Below are positions 25,876-39,699 of a DNA stretch of 64,000 nucleotides, piece by piece (position 1 is the stretch's first letter; every line of letters begins with the position of its first letter). Under the pieces are notes generated by a model that ran no database searches, had not been told where the DNA came from, and was given only the letters and a program-made list of their open reading frames with translations. Source of the stretch: Bispira polyomma. Lineage: Eukaryota. The stretch covers positions 17,422,001 to 17,486,000 of the forward strand of contig OZ287752.1 in NCBI GenBank assembly GCA_965649765.1. The letters run 5' to 3'. Position numbers and translations under genes: made by a program.

Positions 25876-25979
25876 TTGACAGAAGCAATTGATGGCACTA
25901 AGACCAGCAGGTCTGTATTGCTATACCTTGGTGATAGTAATGGAAGCCGTGATCTGTAATGCCTATCCTTTGTATTCTC
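25876..25979 (-). other. Possible 5'-UTR exon of the NLR gene
   Basis: Minus-strand acceptor gttcttgttgttatag and donor CAA|GTAAGT; the CARD exon has an acceptor 9 nt before its ATG, so an upstream exon is expected. Confidence 0.35.
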
Positions 25980-28900
25980 CTATAACAACAAGAACACAAT
26001 AGATATAACTAATGTATGATGCTCAACAAATGTTATTGCCCTGGTCACACATACAAGGTTCAGACCACAGTAGGGCTAGATTTTAAAATATGTAATCAAT
26101 CCCAGAATGGTCTTGATCAACCTTAAAGTACCAATATGTTCTGCAATTGTCCATGCATAGGTCACGAAGTTTTGGATTGGCCTTCATTTATGTTAATATT
26201 CAAAGGATTTTGCTCATTTAGGGGTTAACAAAATAAAAATGTGACTGTAAGTAAAGAAAACAAACAAACCATCACAAATGTAAATAGAGATACCGCGTGT
26301 AGAAGTCATTTTAACTTTAAGCAAAGTTTGCCAAACCAAAACTACCTTGATAATAATAATAATTTTTAGGCCATTATTATTCAATGGATATAGAAATAGT
26401 TTGGCAATGCAAACCCTGCGGCTGAACCGTGGCCACATCAGAATTATGTGAAAGGGGGCTTAGGCTAAGTGTAACATACTAGTGTGTATGTGCTCATTAA
26501 TACCTTCTGGGCTCTCCTCTTTAGTTCGACTATTAAGCATCCACCTTGTGAGCTGGAGAGCAAAACATCAAATCCCAGCTGTAATTTTATTTCAATCATT
26601 AAAAAAGTCATCTTACATTTTTACAAAAGAACTACAACATAAACAATAGTAAATGCGTATATTGTAGAAGATTTGTATTTCTAAACTGAGTTAGTGATCA
26701 GAACTGGGGTTGAACAGGTGAAAATTTATTACTAACTAAGATTTGAAGTACTTTTCTTGGTTTTCAACTTACTGAGATCAAAGTGGTATCCCAGAAACTA
26801 CAGACTTACTTTTTTTTCAATATTGTATTGAAATCTATTGTATTTACAAAAAAAAAAAAAAAAAAACAAAAAAAAAAAAAACAGAATATATGTAAGAATA
26901 TAAGTTCAAATTCTTTTGTTAGATTCAGGTTTGCTAATGCCTGGACATTTGATTCAATCATGTTGACACCTACGTCCAGTCACTTTATTAAGCTTGAAGC
27001 ATCTAGCTTATCACCATCTATTTCTGTTTTAGATACAATGAACTTGTTGAATACTTTGGTTGCAATACGTCTAAACACAAAGATAAAATATCCTGGACTG
27101 CGTGTTGGTTACACTTGAAATATATGCGTTATTCAGTATTGATTATATCTTAGGTTCAGGTCATTTGGTCAACATCAACACATTTTTACATTTTTACCTG
27201 TTAAAATTGCAATAATGTATTCCCGGAAACACTAACAGCTGTTTATTGAAACTAAAATGTAAATGTAGAATTGAAATAAAAGAAAATGTATTTTAATATC
27301 AATATGAATATTTTTTGCATTAGAAACAAACTAGACATTTAACTAGTTATTTGGATGTAGTGCTTTCAGTGTTGTCCTGGAGCAAGCCATATTTCAAGGT
27401 TATAAAAACTTGTAACTAATTACTAATAACTGCTTTACAATATGCAGTCAACATAATTCTACAGTAAACTCTGTGTAATTAAAACCAGCAAAAGTACTAG
27501 CTTTAAATCAGATCGACGTATGACGTTACAGCCATAAATAGAATCAAATATTGTGGATATGTGATGTTCAATTTACTAAACTATAAATATAGTGTTTGAT
27601 AACATAGATTTTTGTTCCTAGTTCTGAAAAAATTGACGTATTTCTGTATTTGTACTACTGTACCTTGTCTATGACTAAATCAATTTGATACACAAATTTT
27701 ACAAAAAAAAAACACCCACAAGGCGGTAAATAAAAGTCATCCTAAACCAGACTGATATAATCAGACATTTGCTCTTTTGGTCACCATTACTCAATTATAT
27801 AAATATCACAGAGAGTACATGAACTAGTTTATTGTTAAAAGTGATTTCATGCTACTCTTATCAAGGGTTCATATTGATATGTGGGACAGCATGTCACCCC
27901 ATTTGTGTCATTATAAATCACACAATGGAGGATAAGACAACCACTTCAAAGATAAGAAGATAGTTACAGGCCATAACATTATACACTTTAAAGTTAACAA
28001 CGGGTTTCTAGGTAGACCACCTAAAAAATCAGTTCAGAAATATCTCTAAGAACTAATTATGTTCAAACACTGGTATGTTGAGTACAAAAGTAGCAGGGGA
28101 CACCCACTAAATCCAAATCATAATGATCTATGGTTACAAAGCCAAATGTGCCTGTCAATCAGTCTACATGAAAACAGTAAAAGTGGAGAATTGGTTGCTG
28201 TACACCAGGAATGGTCTGTCTAATGTATGGACTTAAAGACACACCAATGTATCCTATTTTAAGTCTTAATTATGCCGTAAAAGCTCAGTTGTGAAACAGC
28301 TATGGCAAGACCTAAGAGCCTGGTGGACCAAACTTACCAGAAGTCCCTTAGACATCAATCCTTGTGTCCTAATATTGTGGAACTTGGAAGGAGATTCACT
28401 ATTATTTACCATCAACAACCTTTAAATTGTACCTAACATTCATACATGCATATTCACATCTTGTACCATACTCAATTTAACATACCAAACAGTTCAGAAA
28501 ACCATCTCAATAAAGAGCATCGCTTAATCCCATCAAAGCTAGCAATTAAGTAAGATACATTTAAAAGACATTGATCTCCAAATTCATATGTTAACTGCAA
28601 ACGCACCGACCATTTTAGTAGAGATCGACGAATACGCCCCATTTGGACTTAAATTTTGTGCAGCACGAAATTATGAGATTAAGGGATCATCTTACTCATG
28701 CATGCTTACGTTTACTATAGCACACTTCGTCCACTATGCAAATGCTTATGTTTCACTTACATGTGCTATTTTTAGTCATTTTTTGTTGTAACAGGCTCAC
28801 CATTTTAATCAGTGTACACTAATGTAAATTGGGAAAAGGATTAAAATGGCAGGTAACATCTATCTACACGAGTGTCATATCTATAACACTTTGTGATGGG

Positions 28901-31900
28901 GGTTTGACAATATACAGTGATACAGTCCTATCTGTACACACTTTGTGATGGGGTTTGACAATATACAGTAATACCTCTAATTTCTGAACTTCTATTCTGT
29001 CAATATTTAAGTTTATGAAGTCATTTCAAGTCTCTCAAACGTTATATAGTCTCTTAATGTTTTATACAGAACTGCTGTTATACATAAATGTTGCTCTCTC
29101 AGATACTAGGCATTCTACTTTTTCTGAATTGTATGGTACTATTGTACTTTTTGGAAGGTTATAAATATACAATATTTTTCAGAAATTAGGACAACAGATG
29201 TTTAACAAGAAGAAAATGGCCTAGCGATGCTGAAGGTCGAAACATCTGGTAATTATATAAGAATTATTGTAGAACCCACATTGGTGATAGACCCGTTATT
29301 GTGAAAATATAAATTAAAGCTCTCATGTTAAATGGCATTGGTATTCTTAAATTTATTTATTTCATTAATGCGAGACATAACATTAAAACAATTATAATTG
29401 AATCATATAACTTTTATGTTAGCCAGCCTCAAGAACTGCTAAAACTTAAATACACGTGGAGAAAATCTTTAAATTCTAGTTTTGCATGACGTTTTGCATC
29501 AAATAATTTACAAGGCCATGCGAGACTTACATATTCTAACGTAAATCCGGTGAGACCAGCCCATAAGTCTGAAGTAGGATCTAATTAACAATGGGGAATT
29601 TGTGAACATTCAGCAGAAAAAAGTGTATCTTTATGGATTGATTTGGAATGTATGATCAAAAACTAAATGACACATGTTTAATGTCATTGAACGAACTTCA
29701 AAATGATAAATCTGCGAAAGACACAACATCATGGTGATAAAAGTTTGGTGACACAGATAAACTTAATACCATGCCATTATATGTATTACTAATGTTTTAA
29801 ATACAGTTACGTCTTGTCCTCAAATGTATTAAGTTATCAGCACAAGCCTTAAATCCACCATATTGAAGAGCAAAACATCATGTCACAATGACACATTCTT
29901 GTTTTAAATATATTAAGAGTCTTCGCAGTTAGGCCATATTGACAAGATGACTGTCTTTACTCAGGTACACAATCTAACGTTTAATTATGTATCAGTGTTC
30001 CCAGTACAGACAAAGCGAATTTGATGCAATAAAAGCAAAGTGTTCACAATAAAAAAAGCTTTCTTACTCTATTTTTGGTAAATTTTTATCTGCAGTAATT
30101 CCTGACTTATTAATAAATCAAACTGCCGCACCCCTCCTAATAAAAACACTTGAAGTCTTCTTGGAGGTCTAGGGTGGGTATATATGGAGTTAGTGTTCCA
30201 CCTCACCCATAGGTCTCTCCACTAGTCACTACTATAATACCCAAGCTTAAGTAAGGATGGGAGTAGCTGGTTTCAAACTTAAATATCTCAGCTTTTTCTC
30301 ATCTGATTTTGATGGAACAAAAAAGTACAGTGTTCACAATATAATAAGCTTTCTTATCATATTTTTGTGAAATTTATAGCTGCAGTAAATGAATCTGTGT
30401 GTTAAACATTTTGATATATAGTACAATTTTATTGATATAAACAATGATATCTTCATAATCATTTTTTAATTGAAATTGTTAAATACATAAAAAGTACATG
30501 ATAAGAGCTTTCTGGTGATACCAAAAGGAATATTTTAGGTGAAGTAGTGAGATAGAGAAAGCAATTCCAATCAAATCCACTGCACCCCTCCATCGCCACC
30601 ACACCCCTCTACTGCCACCGCACCCCTCCACCGTACCCCTCTATAGCCAACACACCCTTCCAGCTTTTAGAAGGTACCAATATTGTGGTGTGTCTTTTAG
30701 TGACTCCAGCTGTCTGTATCCTATAACTCCAGAAATTTCCTTTAGTTCCCAGTGATAGTTTCTGTTAGCATCAAAAGGGTTAAACAGAATTAAAATTAGA
30801 TGGGCTGTTTGGTCACGTTTTACTAGAAAGGTGTCAAAGGATGCATTCTATATAGTCTTTCCATCCACCCTTTGGGCTGTTAAACAAATAAAATGGCACA
30901 TTAACATAAAATAACTTTTCATTATAGAATCAAAGATCCCTTCAACCAAATATACTCGATGACCTTATTGTCTTAAAAAACAGCAGTGAATTGTAGATGT
31001 ACAATGTTTATTTTTGGCATGGGGCAAGTCCTCCCCTCAAACAAGGTCGTTCCCAACCAACATAGGCAAAAATGTACATAGAAAATACATGAGATGTCAC
31101 TGAAGTGTCCTTTAAAGTGACTTACATAACGACAGGCTCATTAAAAACTTATAGAGCATAAATCACCAAATAATTTCTACATGTACATCAAATGCATGAG
31201 AGAAAGACTGATGAAATCACCAAATATTTAATATATATGTATTTACTCAATTTTTTAGGGATGACGTGTATTTAATGACCAAATCATTAAATAGGCGTGC
31301 TTACTTCAGTAAATAGGCATAATTACTATAACATATATTTATATGTTAAGAAAGATGACACTACAAAGTTACATGAAATTGTTATTTATCCACGGATTTT
31401 GATAATTTAAAAACCACTGTAATCATTATAGGTTCATGTGTAGGTTCTATAAGAAATACGCAAACAATTGGGTGAAGATATATTTTTTTTACATCAAACA
31501 ACATACACAAATTATAAGAATGTTTACTTAGAACATGTAATATACATATTTTACTTTGAACATAGAATATATTTTGTTATTTTATGATTTATTTATCACA
31601 TTCATTACATAGCCATGATTTATCATTATTTGGTGAAATCTAATTGAAAATCACCTGAAACAGTTAAGAGTATATCAAATGCAAATACTCTAGCTGTCAC
31701 TGTATATTAAGTCTATTGGGCAAAAATGTGAAAACTATCACTATTCCACAGTATATAAACTGCATGCATGAACTCTGTCACTGTATCAAGTCTATTGGAC
31801 GATGTATATCACATTGATCACATGTGCTGTTCCTAGTAATTTGTTGCACACAGAACAATGATGATTTAGAGGATTTACCACTCATTTTTCTTAATCTGGT

Positions 31901-31954
31901 TAATTCAATGGATTTGTTAACTGTAAAGCTGTTTGTTGTTTTTACTCTTTTGTA

Positions 31955-34900
31955 TAGCACGACCCAATAGGGGTCTGCTAATTCAGTTCACCCAACAGAA
32001 ATATTAACATCTACCTTAACCCCTAGCGAATAGGGGCATTACTATTATTTGGCTAGTATGTGACCATGCAGCCAATCAGAGACATTCCCCCCAAAAAAAG
32101 TTTAACCTTTGGGTATCATTGGGCATCCATATTGGAATAAGGAAGCAACAGATGAACACACGAAAAATTTTGCTAAGTTAATGAAAGCTCTGATTGCTTC
32201 CTTCGATTTTAGTATTTTAGTTTGTTTTTATTATACCATATATTTTATGTGTTCATTATATCAATATGGGGAGAACTCGTACTACTAAAACTCCAGCCAC
32301 AGACGGCAAGGCTAAGAAGTTGACATCAAAGAAAAGCACTACTAAAAGAATGGGTAAGAATAGCCATGTCTATGACAGCTTAGTTACCGACCTCAGTATC
32401 CCGTTCGTGCAGGCTTCACAGTATGCATCCACAGAAATGACTCAGATCCATGTTACCAGCCCTTCCGTGCGTGACAATAGTACATACCTGATGTTGTCCA
32501 TATTGAAACAGTTAGAAGAGTCAAACACGGCCTTGGGTTAAAGATTGGCCTGTGTAGAAGCAAGGGACGCGAGTATCCAGGTGTCGGCTTCAAACGCGCC
32601 TGAGCAGTGTACTGCTTCTCAATTACCCTCAACGAGCAGCATGCCAGTACTACCTATGGTAGCCTCGATGGGTCTTAACACAGGGCAGTCAGCAGCATGG
32701 TTTCACAGCATACTGCTCCTCAGTTTGCGTTGCCAGCAGGGACCAAGGCTCAGCTACCAGCACACACAGCCGGGGTGCACAGTGCTTCAACCTATAACTC
32801 AGACGGGATCATGCCGAAGACCGATATACTGCGGACACTCCCTGACGTTCAAACTATGTTGAATGAGAAACATGCCGAATACAACCTACAAGCTCAGGTG
32901 GCCTTCAGCCAAGGTAAGAACCCCTTACGTCAAAAATCAGGGAAGTTCAACGCCACATTCCCACAAGTAATCCCAAAGTAAGATGGTCGAATGAGGGGTG
33001 GACCGGTGGGTCCTTACGCAAGCGACCAATTTTTGACGATTAAACTCTACCACAGCGGGCGTCTGGCCAGTTGGCCAATGCACTGCAAGTCACGGACACC
33101 ACCATATCGAGAGAAATGATACAACAGGTTATTTTGGCACTTCGAGACGCATCTTCACTCCCCTGGGAGGTCATTAGGACAGCCTGGGCCACCAGTATGA
33201 CGGAGGTGGAAGAAGGAAGATTGGCGTGGGGTGATAGCACAGAGTGGGCTCTCAATCGCCTCAGCGCTTCGCAACTTGCTATGGCAAACTCTAAGGCCAC
33301 TAGCTCGACCCCTAGCACACATGGGGCTACAAAGATCTGCAAATTGTATAATTCGGGAAAGTGTTTACATAAGTCTGATCATGCTGGTTTCAAGTAAGTC
33401 TTTTGGCATTGTGCCACTGTTTTACACAAAGAAGTATACCATCCGAAGTTTAAATGTAACAAAGCTAATTCAGCCAAGCAGGCGGATCCGGCTCAGGTGT
33501 CTAACTGCTAGGACGTAGGACGACTACTAGGACAAGAAACTCAAGTTATTAACAGTAGGCTTAAGTTTAAAAGTAAAGCAGTAAAATTGGTAGATCAATT
33601 ATTAGTAGTTGAAAATGCAAATAAATTATGTAATGAAATGAAATGTGAACTGGCTGATAAATCACCAGTCAAAGCAGTAAATAACATGTTTAAAGCTAGT
33701 ATTGATATGAACTCGTTGGATAATATACCTGAACAGATTGTCAGTCGAATACCTGTTACAGAGATTAATGACAGGCTAGAATCAATATTAACTCGTTAAG
33801 TACAGCTAAGATACATGTAGCAAAAGGTACTAACTTGGAGAATTTAGTTAACACTGTATTTGACACCAAATGTGATTCTGATTGTGGTCATAATGACATC
33901 ACTAATGTAATGGGTACTGAGCTCTGGCAGTATAATGATGGGGTTAGAAAGGAGAACAGGGCTGTCACGCTCTGTAAGCACTAAGTCACTAGTAGTGATC
34001 TGTCTGGGTTTTCCCCAAACACAGAGTGCAGTAATGATACTGACGAGTACTTGGGTTGTTTTCAAAACACTGCTATGGGAAAGGGGAAGAAAGATTCCAG
34101 TGCGGTTGAATATAATTCTAACCATAGTATTTACACAGATAAACTGAACTCGAGTTATGAAAAGCATATCCAAACGGATAATTATACTGCTGGTGCAGGT
34201 AATTGTAACAACATGGAACTGGTTAAAAGTCATTACATAAGTTTAAATAATGTTGATAGTGACAAGCTTGGGTTTGGTAGCCCTGAGGGGCCTAATATAA
34301 AAATTGTTGTCTCTGTGACCAATTGGTTATATCACACACCAGAAAGACACCACAATTTAGTTGTGGCCCACATACAATGTGAACAGACAGAACTGTCTTA
34401 ATTTGATATTTTGGGGGACAATATTATAGGTCAATGTGACCAATATTTCAAATCTGACCATCCACCGGCAGGTTGCATCAACATCATTGAATGCTATACA
34501 ACTTGGGTTTATTCCCACCAACTACTGGTACACAGAGATAGCAATTATAGGGTCGAATTTGTTGACAAGGTTGACAAAAGGTACCAGACATTAATTGTAA
34601 GGATAAATATAATGTCAATTACACAGAACACATAATAGGTATCGACAAATTGTTACTAGATTTGAATGTTAATAAAGTTGATGTAGTCAGTAATGACAGA
34701 CCAGCAATGGTCAAGACAGTTAAACCCTGTCACAAAGATAAGGCAACGTTGTGTGACTTCTTTGAAAACTTTCAGAAAATTGATTTATATGACAACATTA
34801 GGCATGCTTACCCAGTAAGAGACGTCAACTTTCCCCATAAAACTAGAGGTTTCTTGACCACTTCAGAAACTGACTTTGAATTCATAGGCCCTGACAAGGC

Positions 34901-37340
34901 TCCAATACACATCACGTCTATACAATAAATGTCAGATATAGCAAACGTAATTAAGGACATGGAATGTCCTAACTATAGGAGGGCTAGAATTCCTTTGGTT
35001 TCAGGTTTAAACGTTCAAGCCTGGGAAGAGGTTTTAAGTGGTTATCCAGATAAATTACTCATCCAGTACATAAAATTTGGATTTCCTCTATCCCTACAAA
35101 ATCATGATAGTTTACAAGTTAAGGAAACAATTAATCACCATTTGACCCTCCAACATAAGGAAGCTATTGAGAAATATTTACATAAAGAGAAACAATGTGG
35201 AGCTATGTTAGGGCCTAGTCCAACAATAGACAGCAAACTGTTTCACTGCCCCCACTGCTCACCAGACCTAAAGATAAGGACAAAAGGCGTTTTATTTTAA
35301 ACCTTTCACATCCGCAAGACGGCTCGGTGAATGATAACGTCAACAAACTGAAATTTGACAGGTCGAAATTGTCTTGAAATTCCCCACTATAGACGACATT
35401 GTGGATCAAATTTGAATTTCAGACAATCCTAAGATTTTCAAGTTGGACGTGGCTTTGAATTTGAATTTGGATATTTAACGTCCACTCTATTACCTTTTAG
35501 TAGGTTATATTGGGACTGGTAGTTGGAAACGCTGGAAGAAACTCTGCATACAGTTGGTCAAGGTTCTGCAGAGAAACCAGCGGCCCACAGTAAGGAACTA
35601 CCACCTTTCCCACATAGGCATCGACGGAATTCGAACTCACGCCGCCCAGAGGTGAGAGACCAGTGATTATGAAGAGCAATGCTTGCTAACTACTAGGCCA
35701 CCGCGGCCCCAAGTTGGACATGGCACGCACGTTTCGAAACCTGAGGGTGGACCCAGTCGACGCCATGAAATTAGGCATTCATTTTGAGAATAACAAGTAT
35801 ATCGATCCTGCGGTTGCGTTCGGCTGGGTCCATGGCTCGGCGGTGTTTCAGCATTGCTCTGACGTCATAGCTCATACCTTAAACAAGAACAACCATAAGA
35901 TCTTCTGTTATATACACGACTATGTGGGCGTCTCAACTTCCGCCCAAGCAGATAAAGTGTTTGATGAACTAGTATGAATTAGTAACCCGTTTGGGTTTTC
36001 CTCTTAATCCAGAAAAAATTTCAAAACCTAGTTCATAAATTACCTGCCTTGGCATAAATATAGACATTGATGAAGGCACAATAAGTATTACACCAGATAA
36101 GATTAAAGAAACTCGAAAGAAACTAGAAGCAGTCGACAAAAGTTGGATATCACGCACAAAATTCAGTCGATACTCGGTAAGTTGCTTTACATACACAAAT
36201 GTTTTAAGCCTGCCAGTGTTTTCATCAACAGATTGTTAATGGCATTCAGAAACAACAGCGGAGCCAAACGTTATAAGGTTTCAGAAGATATGAAAGCGGA
36301 TTTACTTTGGTTTGTAAAATTTCTCCCGGAATATAACGGTATAACATATATTAAACCTGTAATTCAAAACCACGACAATGAGGTTTTTATAGATGCTTGC
36401 CTCACAGGCTTAGGTGCAATATATGCTAACCAAGTGTATGCCACACCATTTTTTAACATAATAGAAATCTTTCGATAGTGCATATAAAAATGCTTAGTAT
36501 TCTTCTCACGCTTAGGGTCTGGGGTGAGCAATGGAGCCATAAACGCATAGTCTTACACTGTGACATCATGGCTGTAGTCCTAGTAGTTAAGTCCAACAAA
36601 ACTAAGGATGAATTCTTGGCACTCTGTTTGAGAAACACTTGGTTAATTTCAGCAATTTATGACATCACTATTGATATCAGACATATTGAGGGGAAAAGAA
36701 CACTATAGCCGATTTGCTATCAAGGTTATTCTCTGACAACCCACCTCGCAAGGGTCAGATTAACATCATAAGGGACTCATGTACTTGACTGAACATTCCA
36801 TTGCATTATTTTAATCTAAGTCTTATCATATAATTACAGGTGAAAACCACGTCACTCAGAATTTCACAGCATCAGCATGGCAGAGAATTAACAGTGCCCT
36901 TCGTCCTAAGACCACAGCAACTTACAAGAACCAGTTTAGAACTTTCATTGCTTTTAACTGCTATGCTGGAATACAAACCATCACCACTCACTCTTTCATC
37001 TCTTTTCTATAGTATTTGATACAGACAGGTTCATCTGTGAACATGGTGAACAATTACATAGCTTCCATAAAACACATGGCTGCCAAATTCAACTGGGACA
37101 TTAGTATATTTCAGAATAACACTGTGGCTCTATTCACTAGAAGTCTAACACATACCTCCCCTTTCTCTCCCTCCCCAAAGGGGATTTTCCAAATTCACCA
37201 TTTGATACTTATACTTACTTATACTAGTTTTAGTTTGGCTTGGGTGTTTTTAAAAATTGTAAATTTTTAAAACATTTTCCTATTTTATCCCTACTTGTAC
37301 ATACATATCTGATTAACAATGTACAGAAAATAAATACCTC
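31955..37340 (+). mobile_element. Decayed PAT/Ngaro-like YR retrotransposon A (gag 32266-33500, RT/RH to 36833, truncated YR 36840-37200)
   Basis: gag EVEEGRLAWGD and C-terminal CKLYNSGKC..H zinc finger; PNYRRARIP, FGFPL, KLDxARxFRNL, FGWVHGS, CYIHDYVG, FIDACLTGLG, HIEGK; YR N-terminus ALRPKTTATY..FRTFIAF. Confidence 0.9.
35454..35710 (-). mobile_element. Full-length tRNA-derived SINE inserted in RT of element A
   Basis: Head ggggccgcggtggcctagtag (A box), B box gagttcgaattc, (CAAATT)n tail, 14 bp TSD aagttggac(g/a)tggc at 35440-35453 and 35711-35724. Confidence 0.92.
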
Positions 37341-38608
37341 AAACCTAGAATTATTTTATTAACTCAAATCTTATACTACTTAAACTGGAACTTATTATAA
37401 CCTTGACCTTCCCATTTCACCAATCAGAACTGGCTAAAAACAATTATACTCTATGCTCAATTTTCCCTACACTATATTGTATTTTGAATATGTTGTAAAA
37501 TACAATTAAACGAGTGATGACCAATACTTAGTATCATATACTTCCGTGACCTTAACCTAGTGATAAACCACTGGGGAAATTTTGACTTGTCTATCTATCA
37601 GTCTAAATTTTTGCTTGTCTTGTTCATCTCACATGAATAATGTTCAGACTATCCCCTAGATCAGGTGTTTGATGTTCACCAATAAAGTACCATATCAAAT
37701 TTCTTGTTATGTTCTCACTGGTATTTCAGGTCATGTTTCTTAAGATGTCGCCAACCCGGCAGTTGGTCCAATCATTACAAATGAGTTGTCATATAAAAAA
37801 TCTGAATTAGTTAACAAAACATCACTTGAGTCTTACGATGTTGGGGCCATCTTGAATTTGTGCATTTTTACAACACATAAACGAATCTAGACTGACTGAG
37901 GTTTAGTTTACACCAGACAATTTATATGATAAAATGTCAACTTTGTTGTTGTAGGTTAATATTTGACAGGGCATGTTAGGCTAACAGTAAATTAACTAAG
38001 GCTTGTATTTATTTGATTTTTTCAACCTAACCCTAACAAATGCTTCAATTTACAAGACTCTGTACAGAGGATTAAGAGGTTCCACTGCAACACATTTATA
38101 ATATCCTTGTTCTAAAACATATAATATGATATGTGGGCGTTTTGAGGATTTCGAGCCAGAAACAGTCAACATTTTTAATATTTACGATTATGTTGTGCCA
38201 AAATATTGCCAGGTTTTATACTGTAGATCCAAATATCATCTCAAATTTTATCACATCTTAAAATGTAAAGCATCATATCTCATTTAGTTGTATACCTAGT
38301 CTGGTATTCAAAAAGATTGTTACTTTTAAATTTTTGTATAAAAAAAAACCAGTTGACTGGTCCAACTGTCTAAAAAAAAGTAGTTGGTTGACACTAAGAA
38401 TTGCATTCTAATCGTTTGTAAATATGGTCCCAGGTATTTTATTGCACACACATTTTTATCTCAGTTCTGTCTGATTTTAGGGTTTAGTTTCTGCAGAGTC
38501 ACATATGTTGACAGAAATTGTGATACAGACAAATGTAGAATTTGAACAGAATTCAACTTTATATTACCTGTTATTCATATCCAAGTATAAACATAAGTCT
38601 TTCTTTAG

Positions 38609-39420
38609 ATACTACAGGACCACCAGGGGCTCTTAGAGATGTGTCAGCATTAACAGTGGCTGCAGAAAAGTCCAACATATCCCGGATTGTAGAACCCAGT
38701 GGAGGGAGTAGAAACACATTTAGAGTATTGTTCAAAGTCAAGAGTTACAATAAAAATAACTTTGTTGAAACAGACTATGCAAATCTAGACTATGAATCAG
38801 TGCTGTATTTTTAAATCATTCATCTGAATCCTGAAACAGAATATGAGATTGCAGTGTCGAGTATGAATGGTGACGATTCTGCAACAAGTAACTATATTAC
38901 AGTTACAACTATAGGTATGGCAATTGGAATTAATGTGGTACAATTATGTTTTTATTTAAATTGCTATTGGCATTACAAACATCCCTCTAGGAAGGGTATA
39001 GCTATGTCAATATTAATAAAACTAATGCAATTTTACAACAATATCAAATGTTTTAAAAGGCAGGACTAGATTGAGCACAAACCGTTTCTATATTAGTGCC
39101 CATTAGCGGTTTTCTCTAAAACATTGTATGTCAATACTTTTTTAGAAAAACCAGTGGAAAATCCAGATGACTTGGCAGTTGAAGTCAGTGGATCTGATGC
39201 TAAGATTACATGGAAATATCAAGTTTTAGATCCTACTCACATGTAACAATTGAACAGTGTACAATAGACGGAATATGTGTGGCAAACCAGGTGACATACA
39301 ACATAGATCGGACTTTGAAGGTTCCTGTGATAGATGAAGAAATCTTATACTTGATGATCTATCAGGATGGATTAGAATCTTACAGAAGTGAGAGGTTTGA
39401 TGCGATTACTGTACAACCTT
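38609..39420 (+). pseudogene. Two orphan FN3/FN3-like exons (38609-38914, 39146-39420), decayed paralog of the 51803-60464 receptor
   Basis: Phase-1 AG/GT boundaries; GPP..SRIV..TFRVLF..*IIHLNPETEYEIAV..VTT (in-frame TAA, conserved W replaced by R); second exon ITW..C....C..YLMIYQD with a frameshift, compare YLLIYQD at ~59270. Confidence 0.8.
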
Positions 39421-39699
39421 GTAAGTGTGACATTTGATATGAAAATATGCAATACTGTAGCCAAGGAATCTGACTATATTCTGACAAGGTTTTAATAAAT
39501 ACCCAGTTGATAATGTAATTTGTCCACAGAAGCTTGTAAATTTGTATGTCTAGTAAATTATTTTGTGATATTAATTTGTGTATGTTCTCGCTATGTATAA
39601 CTTTACTGTAGGGTTACCTTGGAGCCAGTTTTGTTTTAAATTAATGAATTCATTTCTGGTCAGGTTGAGAAAAACAAATTTATTCTTGATAACAAAAAT

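Noticed and set aside
26885-27110. Nearly open minus-strand frame upstream of the NLR
   Set aside because: Contains a stop, has no recognisable domain and no convincing splice pair
30000-30783. Possible piggyBac-like MITE ending AGGG-TTAA, sharing gagctttct.gtgataccaaaa with ~2677
   Set aside because: No matching left TTAA-CCCT end found; boundaries unsupported
37340-37440. Expected A2/B2 split repeats for element A
   Set aside because: Could not align this region to the 5' end at 31955 by eye; split direct repeats are claimed only for element C
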